A DNA stretch of 64,000 nt from Candidatus Woesebacteria bacterium RIFCSPHIGHO2_01_FULL_39_32. GTDB lineage: Bacteria; Patescibacteriota; Microgenomatia; UBA8517. Position 1 is the first letter of the stretch, and each line of letters begins with the position of its first letter. The notes below the pieces were generated by a model. It was not told the origin of the DNA. It worked only from the letters and a program-made list of their open reading frames with translations, and did no database searches. The position numbers and the translations under genes were made by a program. The stretch is taken from the NCBI GenBank assembly GCA_001792345.1, contig MGGJ01000001.1, positions 153,710-217,709 on the forward strand. Reading direction: 5' to 3'. Below are positions 1 through 8,800 of the stretch, piece by piece.

Positions 1-28
1 AACCCTTACAAGTCTTTCGGATAGTGAC

Positions 29-607
29 TTGCAATTGGTAAAGCGCATAAATAAGACACGAAAGGTAATCGGGTTGGAGACAAATCCGCTTGGTCATCAC
101 GGTATTGATATTTTTTATAGCAAGCTAAATAAAAAAGATAGGAATTATTATTGGCAAAATCTAATTTCTAGTTTAGACGTTGGAAACCCAATATTTAAAA
201 ATGCGGTTAACGACTTATCAAACAGAATGATGTTTGCAAGCAAACTTGCAGCAGAAGGTGTTGTATTAACAGATGGAGATCCCAGAGCGGATAAAGTAAT
301 ATGGGGTCACACAAAAGGTCTTAAACCAGAAGCAACTATTCATTTTGTGATATGTCATTTGATAGATCGGCTAACTTCACAAATTTTTCAAAAATCGAAG
401 AACGAGAGATTGAACAAGATAGTATTAAATAAGCACTATCTATTTGATCCCTTTGGAGACGTGATTTTCTTACTCACAACTAAGAATATGATTAATCCAG
501 AAATTTCCTTAAGGTGGGAGCTATCTAGAGACAAAGGGGGTTTGGGTTGGAATACACCAGAAGAACAGCAAGTCTTCGATGAGGAATATAATAAACTTTC
601 AAAGTAA
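29..607 (+). CDS. hypothetical protein (probably 5'-truncated at window edge)
   Basis: ORF-track 192 aa starting at a TTG. The reading frame stays open upstream to position 2, so the gene likely continues off-window. No recognisable motifs. Confidence 0.35.
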   Translation: MQLVKRINKTRKVIGLETNPLGHHGIDIFYSKLNKKDRNYYWQNLISSLDVGNPIFKNAVNDLSNRMMFASKLAAEGVVLTDGDPRADKVIWGHTKGLKPEATIHFVICHLIDRLTSQIFQKSKNERLNKIVLNKHYLFDPFGDVIFLLTTKNMINPEISLRWELSRDKGGLGWNTPEEQQVFDEEYNKLSK

Positions 608-610
608 CAC

Positions 611-633
611 CTTTCAGGGTACGACCCCGAAAG
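611..633. terminator. putative bidirectional hairpin between convergent genes
   Basis: ctttcagggt-acg-accccgaaag forms a 9/10-bp stem with a 3-nt loop. It sits between the stop codons of the convergent ORFs 29..607(+) and 635..1318(-). No strong U-tract follows. Confidence 0.3.
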
Positions 634-634
634 A

Positions 635-1318
635 TCAATCTTCGAGCGTTAAATAACCTAGGATTTCGGAACTGTCTTTTTTGTAATTTTCCACAAAATC
701 TTTGTAACTAATTACTTTTTTAAATTCAGGTGCAACTTCTTTGTTGAAGAAATTCAAAATAAAATCCGGCTTTACCCACTTAGTTTTCCGCAACCCTAAA
801 TACTCCCCATACGACGAATATGCATCAACCAAATTATCCGTATATTCGGAGGGATTTAAATGTATATACCTAGAAAGATGTAACAAATAATTATCCTCCA
901 AGATTAAAACTGCTTTATACCTGCCTTGGAAGAGGGACCCAACACGGTCGTATCTTTTATTGAAGTAGATAGAAAATCTCGTTACGATAGCCTGCATAAA
1001 GTTTTGTAATGATATGTCATCGACTTGTTTGAGAAGTAGGTGAAAATGGTTTGGCATGAGGCAATAGGCAATAAGTTCAATCTTTCCATGAAAGTTTTTA
1101 GGTTTTCTTGGAACACCTTTAAAGGCCTGGCCTTTTAAGGTAAATTCTTTAGGATTAATTTTTAATTCGTTTGGCGGAACTAAAGACTCTTTTAAGTATC
1201 TTAGAAAGACTTTGTAATCTTGAGTATCTTCGAAGATGTTTCTTTTTTCTACACCCCGATTGTAGGCATGGTAATAACCATTTTTAACATAAATTTTTCT
1301 ACTATTTTTAGCAGGCAT
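635..1318 (-). mobile_element. IS200/IS605-family Y1 (HUH) transposase, RAYT/TnpA_REP-like
   Basis: 227 aa. An HUH-type motif (CLMPNHFHLLL) and a downstream catalytic Tyr region (QGRYKAV) are diagnostic of Y1 transposases. An N-terminal YHAYNRG block is also present. A GGCC palindrome lies immediately 5' of the gene. Confidence 0.7.
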
Positions 1319-1338
1319 AATATATTATGCATTTAAAG

Positions 1339-1360
1339 GCCAGGCCTTGCAAGGCCTGGC
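1339..1360. repeat. perfect 22-bp palindrome (REP-like hairpin) next to the Y1 transposase
   Basis: gccaggccttg / caaggcctggc form 11-bp arms with no loop. A related palindrome, aaaggcc-t-ggccttt, occurs inside the transposase gene at 1121..1136. Confidence 0.6.
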
Positions 1361-1479
1361 AAGGAGGATATAGTAATTTGTTTAGATGCTTGTGAGTTCC
1401 TTCATTTCTGCCAAATAAAGACATATAATACAATCGGATTTTGTAAGCTTTTGTCGATAGACAGGATTTTGTTTTTCTT

Positions 1480-3027
1480 ATGAAATCGAAATACTATTTG
1501 TATCTTATTCTTCTGCTGTCACTTTTGGGGTTGGCTGATTCGTGGTATCTGACGCTGGAGCATTATGGGAAGATTATTGTTCCTTGCTCTACCGCTATTT
1601 TGGTTGATTGCGGAAAGGTTTTAAGAAGTAAATATTCGGAAGTTTTGGGGATTCCTTTGGCACTAATCGGTGTTTTTCATTATGGTCTTTTCAGTTTAGT
1701 CAATTTTTATAACGTTATTAAAAAAGATAAGCAGATTCGAGTAATTGCGATTATATTCAGCACAATTGGTACATTATCTTCTATTGTTTTTATGTATTTG
1801 CAATTTTTTGTTATTGGTTCGATCTGCCTTTACTGTACTCTTTCTGCGATCATTAGTTTTACTTTACTTTATTTAACGTATCGATTTTTCGAAGATGAAA
1901 GAAAGTTTTTGTTTATTAAGTTAACCGGGTATAAGTATCGGTATATTTTGAAAAAGATTTTGTTTCTGTTTGATGCGGAGTTTGTTCACGAAAAGACAAT
2001 TGGTTTCGGAAAATTTGTTGGTAAAAACCGATTATTAAGAAATATTTTTAGTTATTTCTACGACTACAGGAGTACTTCTTTAAAACAAAAAGTATTGGGT
2101 ATAAATTTTGAGAGCCCGATAGGTTTAGCAGCTGGATTTGATTACGATGCTAATCTGACACAATTTTTGCCATCACTTGGCTTCGGATTTATGAGCGTGG
2201 GCACGATTACGAACATGCCTTATGCGGGGAATCCCGCACCACGTTTGGGACGTTTACCAAAATCAAAATCACTTCTGGTTAATAAAGGCTTTAAAAATGA
2301 AGGTGCAGATGTTATTGCTGACAAGATTAAGAACCAGAATTTTGAAATTCCGGTAGGTATAAGTATAGGAAGAACGAATTCATCTGAACTGGACTCTCAA
2401 AAGAAAAGTATAGATGATATAATCTCAGCTTTTAAAAAATTCGAAAGTACCAAAATTAAAAATTCTTATTATGAATTAAACATAAGTTGCCCGAATTTGA
2501 TCCACCAAGGAGAAGTGGTCTTTGATGAACCGAAAAAACTTGACGAACTATTGGTTAAAGTAGATAGTTTAAAACTTAAAAAGCCTGTTTTTCTCAAAAT
2601 GCCTATCGATAAATCCGATCAGGAAACTTTAGAGCTTCTAAAAATTATTTCTACGCATTCGCCTAAAGGTGTTATATTTGGTAATCTTCAAAAGGATAAA
2701 AAACACCCGTCACTTCATTTGGATGAAGTAGCTAAATTTGAGAAGGGTTATTACAGCGGTAAGCCTACTTATCAAAGATCAAATGAATTAATAAAACTTG
2801 CATATAAAAACTTTAAAAATAGATTAGTCATAATAGGTTGCGGTGGAGTTTTTTCAGCGGAAGACGCTTACACAAAAATAAAACTGGGAGCATCTTTGGT
2901 GCAGCTTATCACAGGCCTAGTATACAATGGTCCTCAGCTGGTTGCAGAAATAAATTTTGGACTAGTAGATTTACTTAAAAAAGACGGATACAAAAATATT
3001 TCCCAAGCTATTGGAGTTGACAACTAG
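1480..3027 (+). CDS. pyrD: fusion: N-terminal VKOR-family thiol-quinone oxidoreductase membrane domain + dihydroorotate dehydrogenase (quinone-type fold)
   Basis: The N-terminal ~135 aa form TM helices with a loop Cys pair (VPCSTAILVDCGKV) and a GIPLALIG motif. An intramembrane CXXC (ICLYC) completes the VKOR hallmarks. Residues ~200-515 match class-2 DHODH blocks: PIGLAAGFDYD, GTITNMPYAGNPAPRLGRLP, NISCPN, IIGCGGVFSAEDAYTKIKLGASLVQLITGLVYNGP. Confidence 0.75.
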   Translation: MKSKYYLYLILLLSLLGLADSWYLTLEHYGKIIVPCSTAILVDCGKVLRSKYSEVLGIPLALIGVFHYGLFSLVNFYNVIKKDKQIRVIAIIFSTIGTLSSIVFMYLQFFVIGSICLYCTLSAIISFTLLYLTYRFFEDERKFLFIKLTGYKYRYILKKILFLFDAEFVHEKTIGFGKFVGKNRLLRNIFSYFYDYRSTSLKQKVLGINFESPIGLAAGFDYDANLTQFLPSLGFGFMSVGTITNMPYAGNPAPRLGRLPKSKSLLVNKGFKNEGADVIADKIKNQNFEIPVGISIGRTNSSELDSQKKSIDDIISAFKKFESTKIKNSYYELNISCPNLIHQGEVVFDEPKKLDELLVKVDSLKLKKPVFLKMPIDKSDQETLELLKIISTHSPKGVIFGNLQKDKKHPSLHLDEVAKFEKGYYSGKPTYQRSNELIKLAYKNFKNRLVIIGCGGVFSAEDAYTKIKLGASLVQLITGLVYNGPQLVAEINFGLVDLLKKDGYKNISQAIGVDN

Positions 3028-3048
3028 CTGAACTATAATAAATGAGAT

Positions 3049-3513
3049 ATGGACAACAAAGACAAAGAGAAATTAGAGAAATTCTTAAACGCAAATAATT
3101 TAATGACACTTGCTACAGCAAACCCTAAACCTTGGGTTGCGACGGTTTATTATGCTTTCGATAAAGGTTTTAACCTCTACTTTGTCAGCTCACCCAATTC
3201 CAAACACTCCCACGATATTGAAAAAAATAAAAACGTAGCGATTGCTATTTATGACTCACACACAAAAAACTCCGAAAGTAAAACAGGGTTACAATTACAG
3301 GGAGTAGCATCTCGAATTAAAGGTTGGGATATGACCACTAAGATGCTCAAGATCTGGCACAAATCAGCTCCAGGAATGGAAGATATAGTTAATATTAAGA
3401 ATATGAAAGCTAAAGTTATAAGTTCCAGAGTTTACAAAATTACACCTACAATAATTAAGTTTTTTAATCAGGATCTTTACGGCGAAGAAGGGTACAGGGT
3501 ATTTAAGTTATGA
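3049..3513 (+). CDS. pyridoxamine 5'-phosphate oxidase-like FMN-binding protein (general stress protein 26-like)
   Basis: 154 aa with a NLMTLATANPKPWVATVYYAFD...NVAIAIYD pattern typical of the PNPOx-like split-barrel family. Confidence 0.5.
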   Translation: MDNKDKEKLEKFLNANNLMTLATANPKPWVATVYYAFDKGFNLYFVSSPNSKHSHDIEKNKNVAIAIYDSHTKNSESKTGLQLQGVASRIKGWDMTTKMLKIWHKSAPGMEDIVNIKNMKAKVISSRVYKITPTIIKFFNQDLYGEEGYRVFKL

Positions 3514-4247
3514 ATTTAAAAGAGAAAGTTGTTGTTATTACGGGTGCGACGGGGGGAATTGGAAGCGAACTTTCGAAGGCATTCTCCCAAAAAGGCGCAC
3601 GCCTAGTCCTTATCTCGAGGAACGAGGACAAATTAAAAGACCTTATTACAAAACTTGATGGGAGCAGGCATGAGTATATCATCTACGATTTCCGTAATCA
3701 GGATAATTTCGAGGAACTGATAAAAGAACTTCGCGATAAAGCTGACAACATTGACGTTTTGATAAATAACGCAGGAATTGGAGTTTACAAATCTTTAGAG
3801 GAAGCAGAAGAAAAAGATTGGGCAGACTCGATTAATATAAATGCAACTTTCCCCTTTCTTCTAACAAAAAAACTTCTGCCAATTTTACAAAAATCAGAAA
3901 AAGGGATCGTCCTAAATGTTGGCTCGGGTATGGGTAAAATTCCTTCGGCGGGAAGAAGTGTCTACTGCGCTTCAAAGTTTGCACTAAGAGGGTTATCATT
4001 GTCGTTGTCAAAGGAATATAAAGGAACAAATATCCACTTTGTTTTAGTAACTTTAGGAAGCACTCTAACAGACTTTGGACCAATGACCCTAAAAGAAAAG
4101 CAGGAAGAAAGTCTAAAAGGTAAAGCCTATTTTACCCCCGAATGGGTGGCCAAGAAATTTGTAGAATTAATTGAAAAAGATGAGTTTGAAGATGAGATAG
4201 AGTTGTATCCATCCGAATACACCGGAAAAGAATGGCGCGCATCATGA
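3510..4247 (+). CDS. short-chain dehydrogenase/reductase (classical SDR)
   Basis: TGATGGIGSEL Rossmann motif, NNAG, and a YCASK catalytic Tyr/Lys. Its start overlaps the upstream stop. Confidence 0.75.
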   Translation: MNLKEKVVVITGATGGIGSELSKAFSQKGARLVLISRNEDKLKDLITKLDGSRHEYIIYDFRNQDNFEELIKELRDKADNIDVLINNAGIGVYKSLEEAEEKDWADSININATFPFLLTKKLLPILQKSEKGIVLNVGSGMGKIPSAGRSVYCASKFALRGLSLSLSKEYKGTNIHFVLVTLGSTLTDFGPMTLKEKQEESLKGKAYFTPEWVAKKFVELIEKDEFEDEIELYPSEYTGKEWRAS

Positions 4248-4819
4248 AGTTAATTGATTTAATAAAAACACGACGAAGTATACGTAAATGGAAAATTGAT
4301 CCTATTTCATCAGAAATTATCAAAGACTTAGTCGCAGCGGGAAAAAGTGCACCATCTTCGCACGGGTCTAATCCTGTAGAACTAATTGTTGTTGATGATA
4401 TTCAACTTACTGAACAACTCCTGTCTGACAGACTTCAACTTAAAAAACCACCTCACTATATAAATTCTAGAAAGTGGGCTAAAAAAGGAGGTTTAGAGAA
4501 TTACGAGAAGGTTTCTCCTCCGCCTCTACTTGTTGTTGTTTGTGGAGATCAAAATAAATGTGAAGATTTGTCAAGCCTTCTAATAGACATGTCGGTATCA
4601 ACTGAAAATATACTCCTTACGGCTCACGGTTTAGGTTTGGGAGGTTGTTGGCTTTATGTTTATGATGAAAGCATGCCCGAAACTGAGGAGAATGTTAAAA
4701 ACTATCTTAACATTCCAAAAAATATCAGAGTTCTGTCGCTTATTGCCTTAGGTTATCCCAATGAAAAACCCACACCAGATAATAAAGATGTAAAATCTTT
4801 CCATCAAAATAAATGGTAA
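4232..4819 (+). CDS. nitroreductase-family protein
   Basis: N-terminal IKTRRSIRKW motif plus C-terminal features of the nitroreductase fold. 195 aa. Confidence 0.55.
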   Translation: MARIMKLIDLIKTRRSIRKWKIDPISSEIIKDLVAAGKSAPSSHGSNPVELIVVDDIQLTEQLLSDRLQLKKPPHYINSRKWAKKGGLENYEKVSPPPLLVVVCGDQNKCEDLSSLLIDMSVSTENILLTAHGLGLGGCWLYVYDESMPETEENVKNYLNIPKNIRVLSLIALGYPNEKPTPDNKDVKSFHQNKW

Positions 4820-5262
4820 AAATACAAGGTCTTCACGAAAATTTTATGCGGGCTGCCTTGAAAGAAGCGATTTTTTCTAAGCGGAAGGGAGAATGGGTTG
4901 GGGGCGCAGTTTTGATTCGAGGCGGGAAAATAATCGCTAAAGCACAAAATACAGTTCAATTATCAAAAGATCCAACAGCCCACTCAGAAATTAATGTAAT
5001 CAGAAAGGCTTGCAGAAAGTTAAATACTACAGATCTAGAAGGAACGGATTTATACACAAATGCTGAACCGTGCCCCATGTGTATGTCTGCCTGTATCTGG
5101 TCAAATATAAGAAATGTTTACTATGGTGCAAGTCTCAAGGACTTAATGAAACTTGGAGATTTTCAAATTAAGATATTTAATTCAGATATTGTGAAAAAGT
5201 CATTTCGAAAAGTTGGTATTAAGGGTGGTATTCTAAGAGAGGAAAGTTTAAAACTTTTATGA
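4813..5262 (+). CDS. CMP/dCMP-type zinc deaminase, TadA/guanine-deaminase-like
   Basis: Zinc ligand motifs HSE(INVIR) and PCPMCMSAC. Size of 149 aa is typical of tRNA adenosine deaminase. Confidence 0.6.
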   Translation: MVKIQGLHENFMRAALKEAIFSKRKGEWVGGAVLIRGGKIIAKAQNTVQLSKDPTAHSEINVIRKACRKLNTTDLEGTDLYTNAEPCPMCMSACIWSNIRNVYYGASLKDLMKLGDFQIKIFNSDIVKKSFRKVGIKGGILREESLKLL

Positions 5263-5756
5263 AAAAGGTAACGGCGACGAAAATAGTAAAGACTGTAGAG
5301 AAGTTGAAGAGGGATGGGAAGAAGTGGCATTTCCATTTACTTACGCCAGGGTGTGTTTTTAATGAAGAGAAAATGTTTGCCTTAATTTTGGAGAGTTCGA
5401 CGGATGGAGATCACCTGGTACACCACTCCCTCAAAAAGCCGGCAGATGCGGGTAAAAAATTGGTTGAACTTCTTCATGGAAAAGATATCTCTAAAAAGAA
5501 GTCGAAAAAATCATCTAAAAAACTTTCAGCAAAAGTAACTATGATGATTGAAAGAGCAATTCAGTTAAATAACAAAGGATTTGCCTGGCACCACCATCTT
5601 TTATTTCCCGATTGTATATTTAATCATGATACACGCTATTGGACTCTCGTTTTTGAAGATCCTTTAAATGGAAAGGTAATAAAAGATATGTCAAAAGAAG
5701 AGCCAAAGGAAGCACTGAAAAAAATTGAGCCCCTTTTCTACGCCCAGAAAAAATGA
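5259..5756 (+). CDS. hypothetical protein with internal tandem duplication (WHxHLLxPxCxFN repeat)
   Basis: Two ~60-aa repeats, KWHFHLLTPGCVFN... and AWHHHLLFPDCIFN..., separated by a Lys/Ser-rich linker. Translationally coupled to the upstream gene. Confidence 0.4.
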   Translation: MKKVTATKIVKTVEKLKRDGKKWHFHLLTPGCVFNEEKMFALILESSTDGDHLVHHSLKKPADAGKKLVELLHGKDISKKKSKKSSKKLSAKVTMMIERAIQLNNKGFAWHHHLLFPDCIFNHDTRYWTLVFEDPLNGKVIKDMSKEEPKEALKKIEPLFYAQKK

Positions 5757-5783
5757 GAAACGCATCAAAAACTTTTATAGAGT

Positions 5784-6707
5784 ATGACCGAAGAAACTAG
5801 TACTGGCTTGAAAGATATAAGTCAGATTCCAAAGAGTGAAGTCGAGCGAATTGTTCAATGGAGCAAATTAGCAAGGAATCCGAGATATAATCGTTGTGAC
5901 GAAGGATGGTCTGGTTTTGGAAAAAACTGTTTTGGTTATCATGGTTACTTCGCTTTCTTAGACGCAACGGGTTCAGTTTCAAGTCCTCGTGCTCATGAGG
6001 GATTTTATTTAAGTGGCCTTGGATCTGCAACGGGAGATCAGGAAGGCAACAATAACCCCGCTGTACTAATTTCTGGACTTGCTACTCCATCGATGGCTGA
6101 AATTGCAGTTAGAGGTGTAGAAAGAGGCACTGCAATAGACATTATTGATATTTGTGAGACTCCACTTCTTGTAACTCAAACTACTATTCCCAAGTTAAAA
6201 GAGCATGATTTGCGGATAAAACAACAAGATGTTCTAGATTTAGATGGATTATTAGAAATGGCTGAACATCGGGGATTATATTCTGCAGTGGTTACAGATG
6301 CTTTTTTAACGCGTTTTCATGATGATGAAAAACATCAGGTTTTAGAAAGCTTTTCTCGGATATTAAGAAGGAGTTCAGGTAGTTTAATAACAACATGGAG
6401 AATTAGAGATGAACAACAGGATGAAAGGGGTTATGGAACCGAACTGGACAGAGAAATTTTTATCGAGAACGTTGTAGCTGCCGCGGAAGGATTGGGTATA
6501 CCTTACACTCTAGATGAAATTGGAGCTGCGTATAATTATGCTTCAACAATGACAAGTCATGGGGGTCAATCAATTGGGGAAATTAGAAGTATGGTTGAAC
6601 AACATTTCAAAGATGTAAGAATCGAAAGTACATGGCCCTACAAAGTTTATGATGTTACTATGAGAACGTATGCCAGGATTCTAGCAAGAGATCCAAAAAA
6701 TACTTGA
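5784..6707 (+). CDS. hypothetical protein (orphan; composition atypical for the locus)
   Basis: 307-aa ORF with no recognisable motifs. Richer in G/A/D/E/R and poorer in K/I/N than its neighbours. Its DNA looks somewhat more GC-rich. Confidence 0.4.
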   Translation: MTEETSTGLKDISQIPKSEVERIVQWSKLARNPRYNRCDEGWSGFGKNCFGYHGYFAFLDATGSVSSPRAHEGFYLSGLGSATGDQEGNNNPAVLISGLATPSMAEIAVRGVERGTAIDIIDICETPLLVTQTTIPKLKEHDLRIKQQDVLDLDGLLEMAEHRGLYSAVVTDAFLTRFHDDEKHQVLESFSRILRRSSGSLITTWRIRDEQQDERGYGTELDREIFIENVVAAAEGLGIPYTLDEIGAAYNYASTMTSHGGQSIGEIRSMVEQHFKDVRIESTWPYKVYDVTMRTYARILARDPKNT

Positions 6708-6708
6708 T

Positions 6709-7257
6709 ATGAAAAACGCACTGATTTTGCACGGAATTATGGGTAGAGCTGGAGGGAATTGGATGCAATGGTTACATGATGAACTAACTAAAAGAAGTTA
6801 TAAAGTTTTGATGCCACAACTACCAAATCCTGATCATCCTGATCGTAATGGGTGGCTCGGGTTTTTGAAGAATATAACGAAGGATATCGATTTTTTACAA
6901 CTAACCATTGTAGGACATTCTTTAGGTGTTACATCTGCATTGGATTTAATCGAATCTGAAAATAAGGTATTAAAATTGCTAATTTCAGTATCTGGGTTTT
7001 CAAAGCCGTATGGACTAGAACTAAATGAATATTTTTTAAAAATAAAGAAAATAGATATGAAAAAGGCAGGAAGTTTAATTAAGAAAGTTGTTGTAATACA
7101 TAGCGACAACGACCCTTATGTAGCACAGTGGGCTCTCAAGGATTTGGCAGATAGTTTTGGAGTTGATCCTATTATTATTAAAAATGGTGGGCATATTAAT
7201 TCGGATGCTGGTTTTACTAAATTCCCATTACTTCTTGAATTGTTGAAAGAAAAATGA
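6709..7257 (+). CDS. alpha/beta-hydrolase, YdeN/RBBP9-like serine hydrolase
   Basis: 182 aa with LILHGIMG near the N-terminus, a nucleophile elbow GHSLG, and a C-terminal His. Confidence 0.55.
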   Translation: MKNALILHGIMGRAGGNWMQWLHDELTKRSYKVLMPQLPNPDHPDRNGWLGFLKNITKDIDFLQLTIVGHSLGVTSALDLIESENKVLKLLISVSGFSKPYGLELNEYFLKIKKIDMKKAGSLIKKVVVIHSDNDPYVAQWALKDLADSFGVDPIIIKNGGHINSDAGFTKFPLLLELLKEK

Positions 7258-7772
7258 GTAAAAATGAACTTTTGGATTTGGTGAATGAGAAAGATGAAGT
7301 GATTGGAACCGTTTGGAAAAGCGAAGCACATAAAGACCCCACAAAAATTCACAGAGAAGTAGCAATTGCAGTCTTTAACGAAAAAGGTGAAGTTTTACTT
7401 CAGCAACGTAGTATGAAAAAACTAACCGGCCGTGGTGAGTGGAAGATAACAGCTGCAGGTCATGTTGGAAGAGGTGAAGATCCCCAGAAAGCTGTTGTGC
7501 GTGAAGCAGAAGAAGAACTGGGATTAAAAATAGTACCGAAGTATTTTGGTAAGAAGTTTGTTATCCGCGGAGATAAAGAGGCTAGGTTTTTTTGGATATA
7601 TTACTCGATAGTAAAAAATCATCCATCATTAAAATTAGACGAAGATGAAGTTATGGATGCGAGATGGGTAAAATTGGATAAGTTAGAAGAATTTGCAATC
7701 AAAAACGATTACGACTTACTAGGTAATTCGCACAAAATAATTGTAGAATTAAAAAAGAAATTAAAATTATGA
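7254..7772 (+). CDS. Nudix hydrolase
   Basis: Nudix box GHVGRGEDPQKAVVREAEEELGL (GX5EX7REUXEEXGU). Confidence 0.7.
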   Translation: MSKNELLDLVNEKDEVIGTVWKSEAHKDPTKIHREVAIAVFNEKGEVLLQQRSMKKLTGRGEWKITAAGHVGRGEDPQKAVVREAEEELGLKIVPKYFGKKFVIRGDKEARFFWIYYSIVKNHPSLKLDEDEVMDARWVKLDKLEEFAIKNDYDLLGNSHKIIVELKKKLKL

Positions 7773-7820
7773 ATGTACAGAAAGTTGATGTTGTGAGGCT
7801 ATATAGCGTAAGATGATTAT

Positions 7821-8363
7821 ATGCTGGAGGTTCTTACCTATATTTTTGTAGTATCACTCTCAACCGCAATTCCTCCCTTTGTTGCCGTTCCACTTGAACT
7901 GGCAGCACCTTCGAAATTTGGTTTGCCACTAGCCTTTATTTATACACTCTTCGGTAACATAGTCGGAGCAACCGCAGGATTTTTAATAGCAAGAAAGTAT
8001 GGATGGGTTGTAATTGAGAGGGTTTTCCACGAGCATCACGTTACAAGAGCCAAGAGTATTGCCAAAAAATACACATTTTGGAAAATGACTTGGACTAGAA
8101 TGTTTTTGGTGAGCCTTTTTGATGTGCTTTCTTGGGCTGCGGGTTTGACAACAATTTCTCTTGGTAGATTTATATTATCGACCGTAATTTCAAATATCCC
8201 TGTGGTTACTGTTATTCTTGTTTTTGGAAACTCTATTAATATAAGTTATGCAATGATGGGATGGATGAGTGTTGGAGTTTTGATTATTTCGGTGTATGTT
8301 CTTTACAAAGCGCTAAGATTAAGGTCTGTACCTGAAGAGGCTACCGAGAAAAATGCATTATGA
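7821..8363 (+). CDS. DedA/TVP38-family membrane protein
   Basis: Multi-TM, 180 aa, with the glycine-rich pattern FGNIVGATAGFLIARKYG typical of DedA/SNARE-associated proteins. Confidence 0.45.
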   Translation: MLEVLTYIFVVSLSTAIPPFVAVPLELAAPSKFGLPLAFIYTLFGNIVGATAGFLIARKYGWVVIERVFHEHHVTRAKSIAKKYTFWKMTWTRMFLVSLFDVLSWAAGLTTISLGRFILSTVISNIPVVTVILVFGNSINISYAMMGWMSVGVLIISVYVLYKALRLRSVPEEATEKNAL

Positions 8364-8749
8364 ATGCTCAAAAAGTTATTGAGGAATTAAAAAAGCAATA
8401 TCCAGGGAAAAATATTATTATTAATGATCCGGATAATCCAACGGAAGTAATATGTGAAGTTGAACCGGCGAGCCTTAACCCCGAAAGAAGTGTAGCTATT
8501 GCAGTTTTAGATAGTAATGTTAAACATTATCATAGACTCGCGAAAGAAATTTATGAGGTAATAAAAGGTAATTTGGAGATAACGAAGGAAGGTAAAACTT
8601 ATTTTCTCTCGCCCGGCGAGAAGTTAGAAATTCAACCGGAAGAGTACCATATGGCAATGGGTAAAGAGACTTGGGTGAAGGTAACCTCTGAACCAGCATG
8701 GACTTCGGAGGATCAGATACCAATAGAAGAAGGAACTAAATTCCAATAG
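8360..8749 (+). CDS. cupin-like small protein
   Basis: 129 aa. His-containing motifs (HYH and EEYHMA) are spaced as in a cupin_2 barrel. Confidence 0.35.
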   Translation: MNAQKVIEELKKQYPGKNIIINDPDNPTEVICEVEPASLNPERSVAIAVLDSNVKHYHRLAKEIYEVIKGNLEITKEGKTYFLSPGEKLEIQPEEYHMAMGKETWVKVTSEPAWTSEDQIPIEEGTKFQ

Positions 8750-8800
8750 TAGTGAGTAGTGTGTTGTGGGTAGTGGGTAGCTAAAGCTATAATATCTTCA

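Noticed and set aside
3832-4323. Antisense ORFs (83 and 63 aa) inside the SDR gene. Likewise for other short antisense ORFs in the track: 5797..6030, 6834..7352, 8520..8723, 9962..10246, 14370..14639, 16102..16431, 19185..19370, 24216..24404, 34635..35019, 35179..35590, 50190..50446, 56880..57152, 60126..60359 and others.
   Set aside because: Each is fully embedded in a longer, motif-supported CDS on the opposite strand or in another frame. They carry no recognisable motifs. Such antisense ORFs are typical artefacts of AT-rich DNA.
8750-8800. GT-rich quasi-repetitive stretch tagtgagtagtgtgttgtgggtagtgggtag before the first GT4 gene
   Set aside because: Too short and irregular to be a CRISPR repeat or tandem array. 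More simply explained as promoter/spacer DNA with a tataat box directly before the 8801 start.
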